Positions 52,491-64,000 of a DNA stretch of 64,000 bases are shown piece after piece; position 1 is the stretch's first letter; the number at the start of each line of letters is the position of its first letter. A model generated the notes under the pieces. That model was not told where the DNA came from. It worked only from the letters and a program-made list of their open reading frames with translations, and searched no databases. Origin of the DNA: Octopus bimaculoides (Eukaryota); the NCBI RefSeq assembly GCF_001194135.2, contig NC_068990.1:79758311-79822310 (forward strand), written 5' to 3'. The position numbers and the translations under genes were made by a program.

Positions 52491-54404
52491 ATGTTTACTT
52501 TTGGGCATTGTATTTTGCATTATCCTGAAAATACATAACATATTACGTGTGCAGTGACTAATAGCACTACATTCTGTATATAGTGTGCAATTCCTGGAGT
52601 TTTCCTTATGTATTTGCATGATATCAATAATTCTCAATCCACCAATTATTACTGACACCAGATCGCATCCGTTGCTGCACTGCCAGAAAAAAAATAGCTT
52701 CATAAATTGTTCAATGTGAAAGTCTGTGTTGCGTTGTCAATAAGTTGAAAGATATATAGAAACACACACGCGTGCGCGGGCACACACGCAAACAACCAAA
52801 AACTAACTATAAGTATTATATATATATATATATATATATNNNNNNNNNNNNNNNNNNNNNNNNNNNNNNNNNNNNNNNNNNNNNNNNNNNNNNNNNNNNN
52901 NNNNNNNNNNNNNNNNNNNNNNNNNNNNNNNNNNNNNNNNNNNNNNNNNNNNNNNNNNNNNNNNNNNNNNNNNNNNNNNNNNNNNNNNNNNNNNNNNNNN
53001 NNNNNNNNNNNNNNNNNNNNNNNNNNNNNNNNNNNNNNNNNNNNNNNNNNNNNNNNNNNNNNNNNNNNNNNNNNNNNNNNNNNNNNNNNNNNNNNNNNNN
53101 NNNNNNNNNNNNNNNNNNNNNNNNNNNNNNNNNNNNNNNNNNNNNNNNNNNNNNNNNNNNNNNNNNNNNNNNNNNNNNNNNNNNNNNNNNNNNNNNNNNN
53201 NNNNNNNNNNNNNNNNNNNNNNNNNNNNNNNNNNNNNNNNNNNNNNNNNNNNNNNNNNNNNNNNNNNNNNNNNNNNNNNNNNNNNNNNNNNNNNNNNNNN
53301 NNNNNNNNNNNNNNNNNNNNNNNNNNNNNNNNNNNNNNNNNNNNNNNNNNNNNNNNNNNNNNNNNNNNNNNNNNNNNNNNNNNNNNNNNNNNNNNNNNNN
53401 NNNNNNNNNNNNNNNNNNNNNNNNNNNNTATATATATATATATATATATTTATTTATTTATTTATGTAAGTATATGTGTGTGTGTGTTTCCAGATAACAT
53501 TTTTATAACAAATGGGTTCACTAGCTCCTTGTTCACTGGGAACTCTGCAAATTGATGGATGAGTGGAGCCAGTTTATTTTATATTTTAATAGCTCAAACA
53601 GTTACCCCTTTTTCTCCTTCATACCTATACCTTTATTCCCCACCCTCTCAGCCATCCGACCTGCGCTATCCCCTTCTTTCATTTCGATTTCTGTTCTAGA
53701 TATTTAATTTTGACTTGTTTCGGCTTGACTAAAGGCCAAATATTACCCAACAGGAAATACACTCGATTGAACTGCTCCTAATATACCAACGATACTTTTC
53801 GAACCCCGAAAAATGTAATAAAATTTCTAAAACTGCAGGTTTTGAACGCAGAACAGTAAAGCAAAACCTAATTACTATAAATTAACAAGTGTGGCTTAGT
53901 ATCTGTTATTCCAGCTCTCGCTACCGTCCATTCAAGATTCATGTATAAGCTCTATAAACTGAGTTTATGATATATTATATTATTGCCCAATCTTATATAG
54001 TATTTCAGTACCGCATTCCATTCACTAAGGCCTTATGATTAATTATTTTCTGTTTATTTCTTTTTGATGTGATTGATTTAATGCTGTCGTTTTCTCGTGG
54101 AGAACATTATTGATTCTTGATCATCTCAATTGAAATATACACACAAACTCACCCACGCACACACAGGAGCACATATATATATATGCACACATATACATAC
54201 ATACATACATGCATACATACATATATATATATATATATANNNNNNNNNNNNNNNNNNNNNNNNNNNNNNNNNNNNNNNNNNNNNNNNNNNNNNNNNNNNN
54301 NNNNNNNNNNNNNNNNNNNNNNNNNNNNNNNNNNNNNNNNNNNNNNNNNNNNNNNNNNNNNNNNNNNNNNNNNNNNNNNNNNNNNNNNNNNNNNNNNNNN
54401 NNNN

Positions 54405-54443
<39 letters not shown>

Positions 54444-54533
54444 TATTATATTTTATAAATATATACACATATGTATATATATATGTATATATATGTACAT
54501 ATATGTGTGTATGCGTATATATGTATACATATG

Positions 54534-54638
54534 TATCTAATTGCGTGTATGTGAATATATATATATGTTTAAATACATGTATACATACATATATAAACAT
54601 ACATATGCACACATACATACATAGGGACACACCCACAG

Positions 54639-54680
<42 letters not shown>

Positions 54681-54842
54681 CTGTGTGTGNNNNNNNNNNG
54701 TGTGTGTGTGTGTGTGTCTGTGTGTGTGTGTCGGTATGTGTGGGTGTCCCGATATATGTATGTGTGCATATGTATGTTTATATCTATATGTATAGACGTA
54801 TTTACACATACATATATCTATTCACATACACGCAATTAGATA
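54534..54842. repeat. Diverged inverted repeat (arms about 105 bp)
   Basis: Left arm 54534-54638 (tatctaattgcgtgtatgtgaata..agggacacacccaca) is the reverse complement of right arm 54737-54842 (tgtgggtgtccc..tattcacatacacgcaattagata). Confidence 0.85.
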
Positions 54843-54854
54843 TACATGTATACG

Positions 54855-54889
<35 letters not shown>

Positions 54890-55649
54890 TTATACACACT
54901 CACACACATATATATATATACATATACACATATATCATATCAATATGTATAAGTGTATATATATGTGTGTGTGGGTGTGTATATATTTGCATGCGGGGAT
55001 ATATTTGCGTATATGCGCACATGTATTGAGAAGCATGTTCTATAGCTATATTTTATGACTGTGAGCACAGGATGTGTGTGCATATACTCATGCACACAGA
55101 TACACACGCATACACAAACATATATACAACTGAATGAGAGTATGAGAGTGTGCCTTAGCATGTACATGCGTGAGTGAGCATATGTGTGTGACAGCGTGTG
55201 TGTGTGTGTGTGAGTTTGTGTATATGTTTGAATGTGTGTCTATAAGAAAATGGAGCGGAGTGTGAAGTGGTAACTAAGTTGAAGAGAAAATGAGTAAATA
55301 GGAACAGAGAGGAAGAGAAAGAATGAAAGGAAAGGAGAAATAGAGAAAAAGAAAGATAAAGTAAAAGAAAGAGATAATAGATGAGGAAGAAGGATAATCA
55401 GATAGAGAGGCGACGCATTTAGCAGATAGATAATTCACTGTATCACGCTACCAAATGGAAAAAAGTAGACAAAATTTCACATTACTAACAGAAGAATGAG
55501 GGATACTATGTTATCGTGTTTCTCTGTTAGTGAAGTGTTCATGGTATGTCGTCGGTGTATTTTCATTTTAAGCTAATTGTACATTTAACAAATTTAATTA
55601 TGAAAGAACAATAGAATATTGCTGATTCATTTACTGACGGTCCATTCCA

Positions 55650-55650
55650 C

Positions 55651-55702
<52 letters not shown>

Positions 55703-55830
55703 TCATTCTTTTTCTCTTTTCTATTTAGACTTAATTTGACCANNNNNNNNNNNNNNNNNNNNNNNNNNNNNNNNNNNNNNNNNNNNNNNNNNNNNNNNNN
55801 NNNNNNNNNNNNNNNNNNNNNNNNNNNNNN

Positions 55831-55872
<42 letters not shown>

Positions 55873-55912
55873 TCATTCTTTTTCTCTTTTCTATTTAGAC
55901 TTAATTTGACCA
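55650..55912. repeat. Duplication flanking an N gap, probable uncollapsed haplotypes
   Basis: (TA)n-gtattcattctttttctc..aatttgacca occurs both before and after the gap. Confidence 0.85.
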
Positions 55913-56716
55913 ACTCCATGCTTGAAGGAAAGCATTTTGTTTTGATCATAAACTTTTAATTCTTAAGAAGTTCATGCAGATTTGTATAGTCCCAAATATC
56001 ATGATGATTTGTAGTATATGAATTAAGGAGTAGCGTTCTCTCCCTTAGAATCCACTTAATTGCTTCATTACCTTTACGTAGAAGGATGCTTAAAAAAATA
56101 TTTATTTCAGTATAATGTTTTCATCCAAACTTGGGAATTATCAACAAAGTATACAAATATCAACATATAAATTTCATTACCAGCCATTTGAAGTCCCGAA
56201 GCGTCTCTTGATATGTAAAATCATCTAATAATTAAAAAAAATAATTTGAAGATTTTTATCAACTGTTTGTCTAGAAGTTGATTAACAGGAGACTTTAGAT
56301 AACGTATCCCATAATACACTGGAATTTCTAGTTTGCTGTAAAACATAGAAATAACTTCGAGGACAAATGGCTGCAGATACGAAATCAGTCACCAATTCTA
56401 TCAACTATTGTTAGTAAGTCTTCAGTTTAAGATTAAGCATGATCTGTATGACAAACAAAGCAGAGAATTTACAAGAGATTTGTTGCTTGGTATTTTGGTC
56501 GTTGCTGTTTCGTAAATTACTTGCGATGACGCTAATCAAATGAAAGAGTAGTGTTGCAATGACATCACTATGTAATATTTTACACTTATTTTAAACCCAA
56601 CACTGCACTTCGATATGATTATTTATTCATGTCCACACAACATATACATGCATACTCACATACATACATGCATACATACATGTGTGCGTATATGTCTGTG
56701 TGTTTGTATGTGTATG

Positions 56717-56774
<58 letters not shown>

Positions 56775-57625
56775 ATACAGACACATAATACTTGTAAGTT
56801 GATATGGTATTCCACATAAGTACTATTTATCATACTTCTATAGATAATTTCCTATCCCATTTATTATTTCATAATTTATTGATTTTAGTTTTCCATTTCG
56901 CAGACGATATTTTCTTCTCATTCTTTTTATGAATCTTAGCTGGTTTAATATTGACCTTTTGACCAAACACTGTTGCCCTTAGCCATCATCATGTTAATTC
57001 AGCCTAAATGTTTATCTAGAGAGTCTAGTTTCGATCCTTTCACACATTTTATATTGGTTTACGAACTAAAACATCCCTTAAAAAACCCATCATCTGATTT
57101 CATCATTTATACCTTCCGTTCTCAAGAAATGATCTCGTTTCCTTTTGACTTTTCTTTGAAACTACATTCTTTCTCTTTTATCTCCCGCAATAATTTCATC
57201 TTTTTCTTTTTATCTTTCTTTTGACCATAAATTTTAAAGAAATTTTAAAACCCAGCCTGCTTAGTACCCTCTCTTTTTTCTCTTCTAACCCTAACCCACC
57301 ACATCCCGTTCCAGCTGTGCATTTTTGCCTTCTCTTCTCAGTTCTTTCTTCAATATTATCTTTTGTTTTCTTTTGTCTTCAGTTTTCATTCATTCTTTTA
57401 TATTTTCAGGTTTTCCACTTTTCAATTTTCCTCCTTTCAAATATTTTCCCCTGCATTTTTTGAGAACTTTTACCATTGTTCTTTCAATATTTCATTATTT
57501 TCAATGCTTCTTCATTTCTTTTCTTTTCTTTTCTTCTTTATTTTCAATTCTATTTGCCTTATTTTCCATTTGTCTTTTATTTGGCTCTGTTTACCTTTCT
57601 TTTTTTCATTTCTCTTTGCTTCTAT

Positions 57626-57628
57626 CAG

Positions 57629-57660
<32 letters not shown>

Positions 57661-57756
57661 CTTCTTCTTCTTCTTCTTCTTCTTCTTCTTCTTCTTCTTC
57701 TTCTTCTTCTTCTTCGTCTTCTTCTCCTTCGCCTACTCCCCTCCTCATTAATATTA

Positions 57757-57803
<47 letters not shown>

Positions 57804-57864
57804 GTTGTTGTTGTTGTTGTTGTTATTATTATTATTATTATTATTGTTGTTGTTGTTGTTGTTG

Positions 57865-57931
<67 letters not shown>
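57626..57931. repeat. Compound (GTT)/(CTT)/(ATT) microsatellite
   Basis: Direct reading; explains the poly-L/V/I/E/Q ORFs. Confidence 0.95.
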
Positions 57932-57933
<2 letters not shown>

Positions 57934-58191
57934 TTTCCTTTAAATCATTCAATACATGTTTCCTGGCCTTGTTATTAGAATATCAGACCAGCGGAAATTG
58001 AAAATAAAGGGGAGAAATAAAAAAGAAAAAAACCCCCCAGAAAAGATAAGAAATAAAAGAGAAAAACATCAAGAAAACCAATACACAGAGACAAACATAC
58101 TGCAGAACACATACATGTAACAGCAACAGTAACTACTACAACAACAACAAAGACGAGAACAACGGCTAGGGCGGCGGCGATACAAAACAAA

Positions 58192-58265
<74 letters not shown>

Positions 58266-58320
58266 CTCTATCTCTCNNNNNNNNNNTCTCTCTCTCTCTA
58301 TCTATCTATCTATGTGTGTG

Positions 58321-58352
<32 letters not shown>

Positions 58353-58627
58353 CATACATACACACACAAACACACATTCACTTGAGAATGTACAAATGTC
58401 GTAGTAACAACAACAAAATTATAAAGTCATAAAAACAGAGACAGACATACATACTCCCCGACAGATAGATAGACTGGTACCAAGAAAGAGAAGGGGAGAG
58501 AGAGAGAGAGAGAGTGAGAGTAGATTTAGGATTTGAAATCGATTCCTCGAGAAAGTCGAAAATGATTAACCATAGCATTTTGTCTTTGTCCAACCATCTG
58601 TCTGTCTCTGCCTCTCTCTACAACCCC

Positions 58628-58694
<67 letters not shown>

Positions 58695-58699
58695 TCCGA

Positions 58700-58812
58700 C
58701 AGAATATTTTCCGTTTCCATCTACCAAATTTACTCACAAGACTTTGGTCGGCTCAGGAGGTGTTACGCAGTGGGACTGAACCCGGAACCATGTGGTTGGG
58801 AAAGTAAATCTT
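58700..58812 (-). mobile_element. SINE family C with internal deletion
   Basis: Reverse complement cccaaccacatggttccgggttcagtcccactgcgtaacacct|cctgagccgaccaaagtcttgtgagtaaatttggtagatggaaac; lacks the tgggcaagtgtcttctactata block seen at about 6946-6967. Confidence 0.8.
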
Positions 58813-61800
58813 ATCTTATTTTTGAGACAACATTTACCCAAGATGTCAATTTCAAGACAATAAAATAGATTTTGAGAATGATTTATTGCTATTTCTAGCA
58901 AGTTGAGACATATAGAGGCTTCTTCATTGTTCTTTTGTAGTAGAGTTTGTACTCTTTGTTGGTGGTAGATTTATATCGGTAGATTGGATTTGCTGTTTTA
59001 CTGTTGTTAGAAGCATAGTGTTGCTATTGAATGATAATGTTGGTGCTAACACAGGCAATATTAGTGGAGTGGTAGTAGTCGTAGTGACGTGTATTATGGT
59101 TGTGGTTATAGTTCATGTAGTAATGTTCATAATGACAGAGCTTGCGGTGTTAAAAATGATGATATCCGCTTTGGTCATAGTGATGATCGACAATGGATAT
59201 GACAGTGAATGTTATAGGGAAGGGTGTAATGGAAGTGAGTTAGGTTGGATGGAAATTGAAGAGAAGGGAGAAGTAGGAGAAATGAAATTTAAAAAAGATT
59301 GAAAGAAAAAAAAATACTAACACTAAACAGCATGGAGAAAAATGTAAATGAAATATGAGATTGAATACATTAAAGAACACCAACAAAAAAAACAAAACAA
59401 AAAACTGCAGATTGTATAGTAGCAGCGCTAATAATAACAACGACAGCAACAATAATTATAGAACACTCAATAATAAAAAAAGAAAACATCAATGCAAATA
59501 ACAATGTATGCAGTAAAATCAGCAACAACAGCAACTACAACAGCAGCAACAGCAGCAACAGCAATAAAATCAACAATGATAACATGAACAAAATGAACGA
59601 TTGGGGGGAAAAAAACTGTGTAATTAGAAGTCAAGTGAAAGTAGAGGATCGATTCTAGACATGTGATCATATGAGCATTGTTACTCACACATGCATACGC
59701 ACATCCATTCATTTATACATACAGATCTATATATATATATATATATACCTGTGGAAATATATGGATATAGAGACGGGTTTGTAATACTACACAGACATAC
59801 AGTCAGGCACTTGTAATACTTATACATACTTACATATGCATCGTATGCACGAACACACACACATACTTTTACAAAGACATGCCCATACAATCATGAATGC
59901 ACATCTGCACACACATACACACACATATATATATATACATATGTACACTCATATTTTCCCACTTGCGTGTGTATATGTGTGTTTCTATGCATAGCTGTGT
60001 AGGCTTTGCGATATATATATGCACACAAATACACAGATGTACGTGCACATATATTCACAAGCAAATCACAGTACGAGATTTAAACCTGTACTCATATACA
60101 AACTTAGGTGTCACAGGGGTTTACAGGTCTCTCTTTATCTATCTTTCCCTCTCTCTCTTTTCCTCTTCCCCTCTCTCTCTATATACACTTATATATATAT
60201 NNNNNNNNNNNNNNNNNNNNNNNNNNNNNNNNNNNNNNNNNNNNNNNNNNNNNNNNNNNNNNNNNNNNNNNNNNNNNNNNNNNNNNNNNNNNNNNNNNNN
60301 NNNNNNNNNNNNNNNNNNNNNNNNNNNNNNNNNNNNNNNNNNNNNNNNNNNNNNNNNNNNNNNNNNNNNNNNNNNNNNNNNNNNNNNNNNNNNNNNNNNN
60401 NNNNNNNNNNNNNNNNNNNNNNNNNNNNNNNNNNNNNNNNNNNNNNNNNNNNNNNNNNNNNNNNNNNNNNNNNNNNNNNNNNNNNNNNNNNNNNNNNNNN
60501 NNNNNNNNNNNNNNNNNNNNNNNNNNNNNNNNNNNNNNNNNNNNNNNNNNNNNNNNNNNNNNNNNNNNNNNNNNNNNNNNNNNNNNNNNNNNNNNNNNNN
60601 NNNNNNNNNNNNNNNNNNNNNNNNNNNNNNNNNNNNNNNNNNNNNNNNNNNNNNNNNNNNNNNNNNNNNNNNNNNNNNNNNNNNNNNNNNNNNNNNNNNN
60701 NNNNNNNNNNNNNNNNNNNNNNNNNNNNNNNNNNNNNNNNNNNNNNNNNNNNNNNNNNNNNNNNNNNNNNNNNNNNNNNNNNNNNNNNNNNNNNNNNNNN
60801 NNNNNNNNNNNNNNNNNNNNNNNNNNNNNNNNNNNNNNNNNNNNNNNNNNNNNNNNNNNNNNNNNNNNNNNNNNNNNNNNNNNNNNNNNNNNNNNNNNNN
60901 NNNNNNNNNNNNNNNNNNNNNNNNNNNNNNNNNNNNNNNNNNNNNNNNNNNNNNNNNNNNNNNNNNNNNNNNNNNNNNNNNNNNNNNNNNNNNNNNNNNN
61001 NNNNNNNNNNNNNNNNNNNNNNNNNNNNNNNNNNNNNNNNNNNNNNNNNNNNNNNNNNNNNNNNNNNNNNNNNNNNNNNNNNNNNNNNNNNNNNNNNNNN
61101 NNNNNNNNNNNNNNNNNNNNNNNTATATAAATAACACTAAATACAGATAAACAAAATGGCATAAAAACTCGTCTAGCTAAGAAATTCAAAGTGTTATGAA
61201 CGAACGCGTGAGGTATAAATGGATTCAGAATTTAAAAAAAATAAGTGTAACCATCTGATTAGTGAAGAGAGATAAACAGAAAGTGACCGATAAAATATTT
61301 AAACACATTTCACCAATAAATATAAATAAGTTTAGAATAATGTGAAATGAGAGAAGGCAAGATTACGCCGTATCCTTTTTTAACCAATTAATTCTATCTA
61401 TTAATCAATTATTACTCATTAACGAAGTTTATAATTATCAATTATGCAACTAACTATATACAGAGTAATCTATTTATTTAAACGATTTAATTATTTAATT
61501 ATTTATCCACTTAGTAAATTATTAACTCATCCGTTTAATTAGTTATTTATTGAATAATGAATAAACATATTTTTTTAGAAGTATACTATGATTCCCTTTT
61601 CCACATCCCACTAGTAACTCTCATAGATATTAGGTACTTCAAACACTATATATGTTAGTTACCCATGTCACATAGCTAACTATCTGTTTTATCTGATCAG
61701 GCCTTATTCTAGGCTATTCTAAATTCATCTTTGTATCTGTCAAATTTATCAATTTATGTTACCAGGTACTTACAGTTTATACCCTTTGATAATTATATAG

Positions 61801-62697
61801 GACTTACTTCCTCCTTGTCCAGCAGTCACAAGTTTCTTTTGTTGAGTCGCATCATATTTCGCGCGTTACTAAGCCAGTTATTCATTAAGATACATTCGTT
61901 AGATGCATCTAGCAGTTAAGATACCACTCGTTAAGTTGAAGAATCGATGAATAGAGAACCTTACAATCAAATGCAGCACAAACATTAATGTGATGGTATA
62001 CAAAGTGCGCAACTAAAGACTTAGGGTACTGATTACGTCAGGTAAAAATCCTGAGCCGTTGGGAAGAAACATAGTCGTCCATATTATGAAACATTGTGCG
62101 TAATGTTTCAAGAGGGAAATGCAATACGGATTTTTATAAAATTTGCTCATGCTGCATCCAAGGATTTTTTTTTTATGAAAGAGAGGGACAGCTCGTGACC
62201 GTTGGAACCCACTAAGTCCTAAACAGTGTATACGGGTGAGGAAGATTAAGTAAGTTTTTGAAAAAACTGAAATTACAGCAATGTAATAACATCTACAAAT
62301 TATGGTACTTTCATTGGATGGTATTTTTCACATCGAAGAACCTCATGCTGTGTTTGAAGACAATTAAGAATGAAGAATTTATAAGGTTGTATCTGGATCA
62401 TTTTCATAATCCATAGTAATGTGATACTATGCGAAAAATTTATATAATTTGGAATCGGTTTTTGACCTTTGAGCGTATGATACATTTACACTTTCCAAAA
62501 GTCAGTCATTACATGGTTCTAATTGACAGATAAATGAAAGATTCTTTATGGTTACCTTAGGAAATAAATGAAGATTACAACATCTTACTCTTCTCATATT
62601 CATATATGTACACACACATATACATATGTCTCCCTCTGTCTACGTACAAAACTCTATGTAACATGTGCTCCTTTTTTAAAAACTTTATTTAGAACTA

Positions 62698-63230
62698 GGT
62701 AACCGAAGCAACCAAGTAACTGATGTAACCAGATAACAGAATAAATAACTGGGGTAACTAGGTAACAGAATTAACTAGATAATAAAAGTAACCAGATAAT
62801 TGAAGTAGCTAGACAATTGAGGTTATTAGGTAAGTGAAGTACTTAGATGACAAATAACTACATAAGTGAGGTAACTAATCACTGTGGTAATTAAGGTAAT
62901 CAAGATAACCAGGTAACTTAGATAATTGAGGTACCCAAGTAATTGAGGTAACTAGGTAACTGAGATACCCGGGTTACTGAGACAAGAAGTTAACTGAAGT
63001 AGTCAGGTAAGTGAGTCCAGTATATAACTAAGGTGTCTAGGTATCTTGGTAATTGAAGCAAATACATAAGCTGCTAAGATAGCCAGGAAACTGAGGTAAT
63101 CAGGTATCGTAATTACCTTGTTACTAAAGAAACGGAGGTAACTAGATAACTGAAGTAACCTGATGGCTGAGATAACCAGGTAACTAATGTACCCAGGTAA
63201 ATGACGTAACAGAGACGCTCAGGTAATTGA
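62698..63230. repeat. Degenerate GGTAAC-core minisatellite (8/9-bp units)
   Basis: Dozens of variants of (g)aggtaac(t/c) in tandem, often alternating 9- and 8-bp units. Confidence 0.85.
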
Positions 63231-63815
63231 GATTTACTCATGTTAGGCCAGAGGAAAAAAGCTAAAGATTAAATGCAAATTCACAATACTTATCTACTCA
63301 GACACTGACTTACTCTCGTGCCTAAGATAACGGTGATGAAAATAATAACGAAAAAACGAAGAGAGCCGAAAACACAAGAAAAAAAAAGAAGAATATATTA
63401 AATAGCAATAAGAAAAGCAACATTTAGTAAATGAATTTATTTCATATATTTCTTTTTGTTTCACTTTTATCTTCATATATCGTGATTTGACGTAAATAAC
63501 ACTTAATATTCTATGTTTGGCTTATCGCAAGTAATAAATATTGGAGTTGTATGATAATATTAAGCAGACACTTGTAAGTAGTAGCACAGTTTCGTACTAT
63601 GAATTCCAGTCACAGAAGTCAATTAAATTAAGGCTCTGTTACTTACGTGTATCATTGAATTTACCAATCCTTAGTACTGTCTACTTGCGATGCACTGCTT
63701 ACTAGTAGTAGTAAGTTCTATTATGCTTTTGGAGACAAGCAAACATTAATTGAATTCCTTTAACTAATCCATTTGTTCCATAACAACGACGTCACCCTTA
63801 GTAATTCAAGTCATC

Positions 63816-63817
<2 letters not shown>

Positions 63818-63872
<55 letters not shown>
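63818..63872. repeat. (CTA)n microsatellite
   Basis: Direct reading. Confidence 0.95.
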
Positions 63873-64000
63873 ATTTTTCTGCCTTCTCTCCTCCTCCTCT
63901 TTTTTCGTTTCTTTTTGTACTAAACAACATTGACCTAACAGTTTTTACACCGCTAAAGTCTTTAGTAAAAGGCATGAACATCTCAACATCTCACTCTTAT

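Noticed and set aside
62018-62222. Possible MITE terminal inverted repeats (agacttagggt / acccactaagtcct)
   Set aside because: The match is short and gapped, and no target-site duplication is visible.
62698-63230. Interstitial telomeric repeat
   Set aside because: The core is GGTAAC with 8/9-bp units, not TTAGGG or TTAGG.

Overview
AT-rich eukaryotic genomic DNA from a gapped short-read assembly. About 4.5 kb is N runs, and almost every gap sits next to a microsatellite. The SINE families, extreme microsatellite density and retroelement mix look like an octopus (cephalopod) genome; this is an inference from recalled repeat families, not a database result. I found no intact protein-coding gene, rRNA, tRNA gene or CRISPR array, so the window reads as intergenic or deep intronic. 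Nearly all ORFs in the supplied track are translations of microsatellites or N gaps. What can be supported: (i) decayed retroelement fragments from several clades (RTE, CR1/L2, HERO-like, R4/Dong-like, L1/Tx1 ORF1, Penelope); (ii) about ten copies of a tRNA-headed SINE, three with visible target-site duplications; (iii) other dispersed repeats, minisatellites, compound microsatellites, one diverged inverted repeat, and probable haplotype duplications flanking gaps. The most interesting structure is at 28286-29080. A Penelope GIY-YIG endonuclease remnant is followed directly by a small composite element made of a tRNA-like A/B-box head, an (AAT)n tract and a minimal type-I hammerhead ribozyme fold (28988-29033).
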